64,000 nt of DNA from Gordius albopunctatus (lineage: Eukaryota), in NCBI GenBank assembly GCA_964276515.1, contig OZ193909.1, positions 15,748,001-15,812,000 of the forward strand. The letters are read 5' to 3'. The position numbers and the translations under genes are program-made. The first letter of the stretch is position 1; each line of letters opens with the position of its first letter. The notes beneath the pieces are model-generated. The model was not told the DNA's origin and searched no databases. It saw nothing but the letters and a program-made list of their open reading frames with translations. Below, in pieces: positions 12,296-23,364 of this stretch.

Positions 12296-13316
12296 ACCCT
12301 ACCTCTCTATCTTACCCTCTTATCAGCCCATCGCTGACTTGGTATTATTGATATTCCCCCCACTATCTTGTATTGTGATCTAAACATCAACAATTTAGAA
12401 ATAAAAATACGTCAGTGCCACCACGCACAAGCAAGCACAGTATTTATTGGTTTTTTCCTCCTCACTTTCTATAATGTAAAATCTTCAAATTTTGAAAGCA
12501 TAATACTTTAACTTTAATCAGTAAATTAGTATACTATTTTGGTTATTTCATCAGGTGTTTATAAATTACATCCACAATTAGTATGACCTCAAAATCATCC
12601 CTACTTCATGACGTCATACAGGGTTACTGTAAAATGCAACCATGCAAATAATATTTCATATATAGCATTGGCCTAGCCAGCATAGGAATTTGAGGGGGGG
12701 CAAAAATGATTATGGGACGGGTAAAATAATATTTTTTGATAATAATTTAGCCAATATTTTAAAACTTCAAAGAGTTTTTGGATTTATAGGGGGCGCCGCC
12801 CCTCTTTGATCCACCCACTTAATAAAATATAAAACATTATGTGAATTCGTTTAAATAAAAATTATACCGATTAGATTATATATTAATTGCTATGCAATTT
12901 TTTTAATACCTTTTTAAAAATTTTAGGTTTATATATCCATTATGCCTTTATAGTCTCGAATCCTTTTTTAGATTTTATTCAATGGTTTTTTATTTAAATG
13001 GCATCATATCCATTTTGCTATTTTTGGTTTATAAAATTATTAATTCAAGGAAGACGAAAATATTTTTTTCCCCGTTTTTTAATTAAATTTAAGTTTTTCT
13101 ACACATTATCAAGGATAGTTAAAATTACCTAAACTCATTTCTTTTCGTGATTTAAAATTTTCCAAATTCACTTAACTACTCGGCCCTTAAATCAAAATTA
13201 TTTAAGAGTCTTATTAAAAAATGTAAAAAGCCAGCAAATTTAATTATACAAGGATTAGCCTAATGGGCTTAGCCAAGGGCGTAGGGCAGGGAGAAACGGC
13301 TGCCCCCCCCCTAAAT

Positions 13317-13620
13317 CCAATATGCACTTTATAGGCTCACTTTCCATTTTCCGATGTCTTGTCACGCACCGAATGTCTTGCACCGAATGTCTTGTCACGA
13401 TTTTCGTCGTGTTTACCACTGGAACCGCTTGGAAGTAGGTTCGATACCCGGGGAGGCCAATTTTTTTTAATTAAATGGAAAATTTGTATTAATAATTAAC
13501 TAATCATTTTGTATTTAATACTCCCCTATAGACAATCTTGCCCCTTCCCACCTTTCTCGCCCATAAATTGCATAGCAAATGGGCTACTTTTATACGGAGT
13601 ATAGATGAGTCGTTCCCCAT
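13317..13620 (+). mobile_element. short DINE-1/HINE-like copy with an inverted terminal module
   Basis: 5' module at ~13317. Its inverted copy CCCATAAATTGCATAGCAAAT lies at 13561-13581. Confidence 0.45.
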
Positions 13621-13696
13621 TCCCTCCCCACTTCCCTTCGCCTCCTTCCCCTTCCCTTTTCCCCTCCCCCTTCCCACGAGGGCCGAAGGCACGAGA

Positions 13697-15015
13697 TGTA
13701 TAGAATAAATTTGATATTAAAAAAATTACTAAGTGTAATAAATATCATATATTTTTGCAAAAAATTTAAAATTTGGCAATCATTTACCTAAGTAAGGTTG
13801 ATCCATAGAGTATGTTAATTGTTGAAGGGCTGGATATTTATTCACATAAACTATTAGGACTGGGATACAATAATCGAAAAAGTGACCATCACCGTATATA
13901 ACAAACGGATATATAAGTTACAACCAATTAACGATAATTTGATCGACAACACGCAGGTAAATAATGTAAACACGCAGGTAACTAACGTATCCCCGGAGGC
14001 ACTTCGCACTCCTATTACCTCTCTACAGTTCCCCCCTTTTCACAGACAAAATCCTTAAGGAATGCTGGCAGTTTCCGGCTACGCTGTGGGTATATCGGTT
14101 CTTCCCTAGGCGTTCCTGCCTGATTTTGGCTTTTTTCCCTTGTTGCACTTGTTCCCCTGTTTTGCATTTGTTCCCTTGGCGCATTTGTTCCCTTGGCGCA
14201 TTTGTTCCCTCTTCCCTTTCTGATGATATTCTTTGTGGCCACCCGTTCTCTTGTCCCAGCGTGGTCCAATCCAGGATTCTCCGTTTCCTTACTTGATCCA
14301 GGTGTCGGTGGTGCTTTCTTCCCTGTGCCCATACATCTTAGGAACGACTCCTGTGTTTGGCTTTCATCGTGCCTTCTACCTATTTGCTTGGACCCAAAAA
14401 CATACGTACCCAAACCAAGTCTCCTACGTTGAAAATTCGCGGGTTCCCGGTCTCTACCCATTGTTGTGGTACGGTTTCCCTCAATACCTCCCATTCGGTT
14501 CGCATACGCCTTTTTAACATCCTCTCTGCCGGGCTTTTATTGGTTGTAGGGTGTTTTGTCGATCTGTAGTTTTCCAAAAATCTACTTAGTCCTACTTCCG
14601 ACACGTTCCTAATGATGTCTTCTTTCATTAATCGTACGTATCTTTCTGCCAAACCGTTTGGCGCAGGATGGTAAGGAGCTGTCCATCGCTGATTAATCCC
14701 TCTCCTCTTGCAAAAGTTCTGTAAATCCTGCCCTTTGAATTGTGGACCGTTATCTGATATTAACCATGGTGGATTTCCAAATCTAGCAAACGTTTCGGCC
14801 AGTTTTTTTTATAATGGTTGTTTGTCGATGTGGTGTCTTCTAATTTAAACACCTTTACTTATTTCGAGCTATTGTCCACCATCAGGAGGTATGACTTACC
14901 CTTGAGAGGACCAATGATATCGATATGTACTTGGACCCATGGTTTATGGCTAGGTTGACACTCTATCAGCGGTGCCTTCTTCGCCGCCGTGGCCGTGTAA
15001 TTGCAATTCCGGCAC
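13697..15015 (-). mobile_element. Ty3/gypsy (K02A2.6/Mag-like) integrase, PPT (14030-14041) and 3' LTR (13697-14027), decayed
   Basis: Motifs PWVQVHIDIIGP, ISDNGPQF and PYHPAPNGLAERYV. PPT GAAAAGGGGGGA. LTR ends are the inverted pair TGTAGAGA/TGTATAGA. Contains stops and frameshifts. Confidence 0.88.
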
Positions 15016-15019
15016 CCTT

Positions 15020-17095
15020 TCGCTACGCTCAATTAGTCATCGTCGAGAGTAGGCCACTATATATACTGCCGCACCACTTCTTGCATTCGCTTGATACCAA
15101 CGTGGCCCCTATGTAGTCTTTGGAGTACCGCTCCTCGTAACTTTTTCCTTTGGACTCCGCAGCCGGATTCGACGGATGGCGCCCAGTATATCTACAAGAT
15201 TTACTCAACTTGAATAATTTAAATACTGAACCTCTTTTAAATTCTATTACTTCCTTTTGTAATATCATTGTTAACGGAAAATTTCCTCATGAAATCATCC
15301 CTATTTTATTCGGTGCAAAACTTATCGCCATCAAAAAACCGGATAATTCAGTTAGACCCATCGCCATTGGAAGTCTTTTTCGCCATATTATATCAAAAAC
15401 CCTCTGCAAACTCATAAAACCCTCCTCATCCGCCAAGCTCCGCCCTCATCAACTCGGCTTCGGAATTAAAGGCGGATGTGAGGCAGCCAGCCATGCTGAC
15501 CGGATCACACTTCAAAATATTCCCACCGAGTCCTGCTTTGTTAAATTAGATTTTGCCAATGCTTTTAACTGCATTCGAAGAGAAACCCTTATTAACACTT
15601 TTTTAGCTGAATTCCCACAATTCCTAAATTACATTTTATTAAGCTATGGTTCTACAACCAAGCTTCGATTCGGCGAATACGTCATTGACTCGTCCGAAGG
15701 CATCCAACAAGAAGATCCATTAGGCCCTCCTTTGTTTTGTTTAGCCATTCATAATTTAGTCGAGGCTATATCATCTCAGTGTATCCTGGATTTAAATGTT
15801 TGGTATCTCGACGACGCCACCCTATGTGGCCGCCTGGAGGAGATCAGTAAAGCTATACAAATTATCAACAATTTTGAACCCACTCTGAATCTTACATTAA
15901 ACTCGAAAAAATGTGAAATTTTTCAGGCCCCCAACACTATTGACATTCCAATTTTTAAAACTTTTTTAGTTTTAGAGAAAGAAAACATATCCCTTGTGGG
16001 ATCACCCATTGGCGGTGAAAAATCTCTCTTAAATTTTTTTCATAAGAACCTTGAAATTTTAAAATCTAAAACGGAACTTTTAAAATGCTTGCCAGCGCAT
16101 CACTCATTTTACATAATCAAAAACTATTTTAACATCTCAAAGATTAATCATTGTTTTCGCTCATCTGGCGCATTTTTACATCCAGACGTTTTAAAGTCGT
16201 ACGAAGGCTTTTTAAAAACGTTATTAGAAAAAATTTAAAATTTAAAATTTAATACTAACAATTGGATTCAAGCATCCCTCCCAACCAAATCTGGAGGATT
16301 AGGAATTCGCCCTACCGGCAGCATATCGCTAGCCACTTTTATTTCCTCTTTTAATCGGTTCAAAACTTAATTTTTAATCTCATAAAACATGATTCCGACC
16401 CCCTGCTAACTCAAGCCTTGGAGCTTTGGAATTTGAATGTCACACCCGAGACCATCTAACCTCAAAGTACGAGACAAAAGGATTGGGATTCTGGACTAGT
16501 ATCGCGCTCCGTTGATTACCCCTTATCGAGCAGCGATGATAGCCAGCATTACAACCTTTGGTCCCTCGCTTTTGACGGTTCCGGTCACGACTGGCTTGTA
16601 GCCTATCCCAGCAAACTTTTGGGAATGCTGCTTGAAGACTTTGAGCTATCATATTCCATAGCTTTAAGGCTGGGGATTAGTTACAGCAGAGAATTCAGCT
16701 GTCAAAACTGCCTTACCGTTGTAGACGAATATGCTAGGCACCCTCTACACTGTCTAGCAAACAAATATAAATACGTTAGGCACACTAAAGCTAATTTATT
16801 AATTCAAGCTGCCCTTAAAAAGGCCAAAATCCCCTCAATCCTTGAGCCGTCCGATCCCTCCCTTGAAGGTAGGATGCGCCCTGACGGCTCTTCTCTAGTC
16901 CCCTGGCAAAATAGCTTATCCCTCAAATGGGATTTTACTTGTATTGACCTTTTTGCCTCTTCCCATTTTAATTACGACCCTATCGCTACAGAAGAAGGGC
17001 GTAAAACTACAAAGTATTCTGCCCTTTTGGCATCCAATATTTTTATCCTTGTCGTTGCCACGTGCTCCGGTTCCTTTGGCAAACAGGCAATGGGG
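15020..17095 (+). mobile_element. CRE-like non-LTR retrotransposon (RT + CCHC + restriction-like endonuclease), inactivated
   Basis: Motifs SAAGFDG, RPIAIG, KLDFANAFN, QQEDPLGP (G>E), WYLDD and SLPTKSGGLG, then CxxC..H..HC, RH, RPDG and WDFTC. Stop at 16238 and frameshifts. Confidence 0.8.
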
Positions 17096-18135
17096 TTTTT
17101 AAAAATATTAAATAAGTTTTAAAAAATTAAAATGGCAAATTTTTATATTTTTTGATAAACTTTAATACACAAACTTTTTAAAGATTTAGCGGGACACGAC
17201 ATCTCATTGTCAATATAAAGATATGAATTCATTCAAAAAATAACATTTTCTATGGAAAGTGCAGACTAAAAAACTATAAATAAATTTGAAGTATAGAAAA
17301 TTAAATTTTATTGTTCTAGCAAATTATAACGTTTGCATCAAATCACCGTGTTTGTCAACAATATAGGCTTAGAAAATAATAATTTCAGTTATAGTTAACT
17401 TAGTTGCACAATTTATCAAATTGAGACCCTTTATTTACCCTGGCTAAAGCTTCAAAGTAAACCTTAACATATTTAAGGCAAACATTTAAGTCCATTAGTA
17501 TCATTATTAATTATATCCCATAGTGTTTATTGCATGTTTACTATGTGACTTTTAATGGATAATATTATTATTTACAGAATTGATAACTAGATGCACATAT
17601 AAAAACGGGTAGAAACAACAATAAAAGCAGCATTATTATAGGATTAAGAATATGAGGTTTTAAACTCTAAATTGCACGTATTAAAATTTATGACAAAAAT
17701 CATTAAAATCAAATTTATATTCCAAATAATTATCTTCTAATTCTAACTAACTTTGACATTAAATAGTTATTTATCGTATATACCTGAAGCATAAAACTTC
17801 TAGAAAACTCATGCTTTATATTTAATCTATTGCAGTGTCATTAAATAATCTATTGTACTTTTGAAATCGTTAAGCGGGTGCTAAAAAATCTCGAGCCACC
17901 TTAGCTTAACTTGTTTAAATATTCAAACTGATTGACCACCAATTTATAACTATAATTTTTTAATATTTAATAATGCTATGGATTTAAATATGAGCCCTAA
18001 GGGTCAACCATACTTAGGTAAATCCTGCAAAAAATATAATATTTACAGGAATTTTTTTATGTCAAATATATTCCATACGTATTAATTTAAACTTAATACC
18101 TTAAATGTAAATCATGAAAATTAAAATACACCAAG
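17096..18135 (-). mobile_element. internal fragment of a hAT MITE, near-identical to 20497-21640
   Basis: Direct ~1 kb match to the interior of the 20319-21785 copy. It truncates the CRE-like ORF. Confidence 0.85.
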
Positions 18136-18947
18136 TTTTTAATTAAATGTTAAGTTTTTTATTAAATGTTCAGATTTTTATTTATTTGCTCAGAGATTTA
18201 TCGCACTTGCCAAGTTTTTTTATGCAAAGTGGTTTTAATCTTTAATTAAAGAGAGAGAGTTGCGGGATTCGAACCTATGAGCTAGCCACCCAGAGGTCAG
18301 ATTTTTTAAAAAAATTTTGCCCGAACCCCGCCCGGTTTGATTTTATGATTAAACTGCCCACCCAGGCCGCCTTAATCCTTCTAAGTGTCGGCCCGGCCCG
18401 AAGCGCAAGAGCTGCCCGAAATGCCCGCCCGAAATATTACATGTGTCCGTTAAGCCCGAATTTTTTATTTCGATCTTAAAAATTACCCGATAAAAACTAG
18501 CCAAATTTTGGATAGATATTTAAGGGTAAATTTAGTTGGCCAATAAAATCATAACATTTACTAACTTATATTGCACAACATTTTTATATGGGGCACAAGA
18601 AATTTTATCTTTAAATTCGTTTACTTGATTAAATCAAGTTTTTAAATTAGCTTTAGCTCAAACTAATGTGATTCCCTCATTTTAAATAAATTCGAGAATA
18701 AGAAAAACTTATTTGAACTTAAGATAATTTAGTCTTTCAATAATAATGTGTTAATGATTTGTTTAAAAAATAAACAATTTATAAATATAAATTACTTGAA
18801 TGGGATAAATAATGGAAATTTTTGTTAGAATGAATTTGAATATGAAACTTGAATAATATTTTACACTTAAAGAGGGAAAACACTTTTCTCACAAATCATT
18901 CCTTATTTAATATTTTATAATCTCTCTCTAATCTACTTTTTAACTCC

Positions 18948-20105
18948 TAGTGATGCGGGAGAACCGAGAAATTTCTCGGTCTCGTCTCGAGAGGAGACGA
19001 GAATTTGAAAAACGGACACGAGATCGAGGCGATAATTTTGATGTCGAGACGAGACGAGATTTTTTCGGCGAGATCTCGAGTTTTTATTGATCATTCGATT
19101 TTAGTAAATTATTGTGTATTTTAATATGCCTGATTTACATTTAAGGTATTAAATATAAATCAATACGATAGGAATATATTTGATACTAAAATAACACCTA
19201 AGTGTAGTAAATATGACCCTATGTTTTTGATCCTATAATAATGCTGCTTTTATCGTTGTTTTTACAACGTTTTAATATGTGCAACAAGTTATCAATTTTG
19301 TAAATAATAATATTACCATTGTCACTCGCACTTTATGGCTAATAACGCTATAATAGTCATGCAATAATCTTTATGGGTTATAATTCATGATGGTAATATC
19401 AATGGACTAAAATATTTGCCTTAAATATGTTAAGGTCAACTTTAAGGTTTTAGCAAGGGTTAATGTTGGGACTCAATTTGCCTAAATATGTAACTAAGTC
19501 AAATATAGGTGAACTTATAAATTTCGTCTGTTTAAATTAAACAGACATGTTATAATTTGCTAGAACTATGAAATTTAATAAGGTCTGATCAGTTAGTATA
19601 TTTATTATATAAAAGTTTCAGCTCCAAAACACTCACAATAGTACAGGTTTAAACTCAAATTTAAAAAGTGTCAATAAACACCACCATTAAATTCTAAATT
19701 TAATGCACAGTTATGCTATTTTATATATTAAACAAAAAGCGATCCTTACGTACATTCAATTTTTTTTATAGTTTTTTAATTTTCACTCCATAGAAAATGT
19801 TATTTATTGTCAGTGAGATGTCGTGTCGCGCTATATCATTAAAAGGTTTGTGTATTAAGGCTTTTTAAAAAATATATGGGTATATAACTTGGATTTTTGT
19901 AACACTTAATTAATAATTTTAATAAAACAGGAGAAATTTTTATGTTGTATAAATTTTTCCTAAATGTCGAGATGAGACGAGAATTCTCGCAGAGACGAGA
20001 CCGAGATTTTTCTAGACCGAAACGAGATCGAGATTTTTATAATCGCTCCCGAGACGAGACGAGATTTTGCTTTCGAGACCTAGACGAGACCAGATTGAAA
20101 CACTA
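18948..20105 (+). mobile_element. non-autonomous hAT element with 8-bp TSD
   Basis: Ends TAGTG...CACTA with subterminal CGAGA/GAGAC repeats. Flanks TTAACTCC (18940-18947) and ATAACTCC (20106-20113). Confidence 0.85.
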
Positions 20106-20318
20106 ATAACTCCTAACAAAATTGGATGTTTGTCTTAGTGATGGGAAAACGCTTAGCACTAGCGCGCTTAGCACCTCCCCGCTGATGGGAATAGCCTATT
20201 AAATACGCTATGTCTACTAGCACATAGTCACTTTAAGTGGTATAAGCTATAGGAGATGGGAGGTTTGAGGCGCTAGAGCTATGGGAGGTTTTAGGTGCTA
20301 TGAACTATAGGAGATGGG

Positions 20319-21785
20319 TATTGTTTCGATCTCGTCTCGGTCTCGAAAACAAAATCTCGTCTCGTCTCGGCAGCGATTATGAAAATCTCGATCTCGTCTC
20401 GGTCTAGAAAAATCTCGATCTCGTCTCGACGAGAATTGTCGTCTCGTCTCGACTTTTTAAAAAAATATATAGGGAATAAAAATTTCTCCTGTTTTATTAA
20501 AAATATTAAATAAGTTTTAAAAAATTAAAATGGCAAATTTTTATATTTTTTGATAAACTTTAATACACAAACTTTTTAAAGATTTAGCGGGACACGACAT
20601 CTCGTTGTTAATATAAAGATATGAATTCATTCAAAAAATAACATTTTCTATGGAAAGTGCAGACTAAAAAACTATAAATAAATTTGAAGTATAAAAAATT
20701 AAATTTTATTGTTCTAGCAAATTATAACGTTTGCATCAAATCACCGTGTTTGTCAACAATATAGGCTTAGAAAATAATAATTTCAGTTATAGTTAACTTA
20801 GTTGCACAATTTATCAAATTGAGACCCTTTATTTACCCTGGCTAAAGCTTCAAAGTAAACCTTAACATATTTAAGGCAAACATTTAAGTCCATTAGCATC
20901 ATTATTAATTATATCCCATAGTGTTTATTGCATGTTTACTATGTGACTTTTAATGGATAATATTATTTACAGAATTGATAACTAGATGCACATATAAAAA
21001 CGGGTAGAAACAACAATAAAGGCAGCATTATTATAGGATTAAGAATATGAGGTTTTAAACTCTAAATTGCACGTATTTAAATTTATGACAAAAATCATTA
21101 AAATCAAATTTATATTCCAAATAATTATCTTCTAATTCTAACTAACTTTGACATTAAATAGTTATTTATCGAATATAGTTGATGCATAAAACTTTTAGAA
21201 AACTCATGCTTTAGATTTAATCTATTGCAGTGTCATTAAATAATCTATTGTACTTTTGAAATCGTTAAGCGGTTGCTAAAAAATCTCGAGCCACCTTAAC
21301 TTAACTAGTTTAATTATTCAAACTGATTGACCACCAATTTATAATTACCGCATTATGCAGGATGAATAACTGCGAAATATAAATATGCTTTGTTTATATT
21401 TACTATTCAATCAGAACTCATTCTAAGCCTATAATTTTGTAATATTTAATAGTGCTATGGATTTAAATATGTGATAAAGATATTATAAAATTATTCACAT
21501 ACCCTATGGGTTAACCATACTTAGGTAAATCCTGCAAAAAATAAAATATTTACAGGAATCTTTTTAATGTCAAATGTATTCCATACATATTAATTTAAAC
21601 TTAATACCTTAAATGTAAATCATGAAAATTAAAATACACAATAATTTACTAAAATATAACGATAAAAAAGTCGAGATCTCGCCGATAAAATCTCGTCTCG
21701 ATCTCGACTCCATCTTTTGAATTCTCGTCTCGGTTTTTCGAGACGAGACATGACCGAGATTTTTCTCGGTTTTTCCGCATCACTA
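20319..21785 (-). mobile_element. second copy of the same hAT MITE family, inverted
   Basis: The reverse complement begins TAGTGATGCGGAAAAACCGAGA, like 18948, and has the same subterminal repeats. No TSD is visible. Confidence 0.82.
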
Positions 21786-21789
21786 TTTC

Positions 21790-22200
21790 TACTCATGTTC
21801 GGCGATTTGGCGCTCACCGCGTTTGAGGATTTTCAAAGTCACGATCCTACCAATCATCCTATAAGGTTGCGAATGGATCTATGGGTGCGCTGCAAAATCG
21901 CTCCAATTAAAAACATTCTACTCGCGAGAAAATGGGGTTTTTGGGCACATCAAGTACGAAGGAAGGGAACCAACTACTGTCTATCTACCCTGTTTTGGTG
22001 TCCACCCCAGCTAAAAGGCCGCAAATGCAATGGCAGCTGTGTTTACAAGGTGTTCCACGATGTCCAAACACAGGGTCAGGATTGGAATTCATTGCTGCCC
22101 ATCATGCAAGACAGGAAACTTTGGAAAGACTTCTCAAAGAACAAATTATTGCGGCTCCCCCTTAAGGATCTTCACACACATTATTCATTTACGACCTTAT
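21790..22200 (+). mobile_element. LINE 3' ORF fragment related to the 57996-61310 element; its 3' UTR end lies at ~23045-23150
   Basis: CKIAPIKN...FWCPPQL...DWNSLLPIMQD aligns with CKIPPIKN...FWRPPQL...DWNSLLPIMQD of ORF 58260-59249. Confidence 0.85.
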
Positions 22201-22637
22201 CATTAAAGGCTTTACATTACTTTCAAGTCAATAGGTATTACATATTTACATATCATAATTACTGTGGCATTAGGCCAATTTTTATTTTTAGTAATTTTTA
22301 TTACCGTGGCAATGATTTGCCCTTTTTGATTTGTAAAATTAAAATTACCCTTGGATTTTATGGATCTAATTTGGCTGTTCAAGGCCATGCATTTATTAAT
22401 AGATTTTGGAATCACGATGATTTTTTTTCGCTATTTGTTAGTTTATTGTTTTTTTCGCTGTTGATTATTATTTTTTGTTCGCCATCTTGATTTACGTCTA
22501 ATCTTATTACCTCACGCATGATCTCCTTGTTATGTAAATAACTGTTGATATATCACCTCACCCATGATCTCTTTGTGATGTAAATAACTGTTGATATATC
22601 ATTATTGTTACTACTTTACATACGGGATGTTTTAATG

Positions 22638-22915
22638 CACTTGTGCAAAATGTAATATGTGCAAAATCTAATATAGGCAAGGGTTATGGTTAGATTTAGT
22701 GATTTATTTGATAATATGTATTTATTTATAAAATAGTATTATACATTTTGATATAACTTATTTTGTTTCAATTAACAATTATAGTATCCTTTTATTACGT
22801 AGTTATTTTAGTACATATTACATGCGTATGAATATGCGTGAAAACCGGTCTCAATTTCTAAAATGCGAATACTACATTATTAAATTTTGCACATATTGCA
22901 TTTTGCACCAGATTC
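22638..22915. mobile_element. Mutator-type MITE with 9-bp TSD
   Basis: ~30-bp inverted repeats GTGCAAAATGYAATATGTGCAAAAT. GTTTTAATG on both flanks (22629-22637 and 22916-22924). Confidence 0.75.
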
Positions 22916-23364
22916 GTTTTAATGAATTTTAAGTTGAAATAAATTTTATCTGGGAAGTTGAAATAAATTTTATCTACGTGTACTTTCTAGTAATTTTTAC
23001 TTATCCAATAATTACATTGCATATTAATCATTTTGTTACAGCATATTTACACACGTTATCACTAACTTTGACCGAGGCGCCATTTGGCGTTAGAAGGAGC
23101 TCAACCTTAGATTGCACTAACTAAGCTCTTGGGCGTTTTCGCGGGAAAAATGAAATTTCACGCTTCATAAATTTTAAAACGTCGATACAAAATAAGGTAA
23201 TAAAGTTAGGTTGCATATATTAGATTATTATTCGTATTTTAAGTTTGTTTTTTTTATTAATTTTGCAAAGATATGATTAAATTTTAAACACAATGAGTCA
23301 TACATATAGCTAATCTAACAACCCATTGGCATTTTTATGAGTTTTATAATATATATATAGAACA

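Noticed and set aside
18250..18300. GGTTCGAATCCC motifs (here and in the modular repeat) as tRNA genes
   Set aside because: Only a T-loop/B-box is present. No cloverleaf, acceptor stem or A-box could be built.
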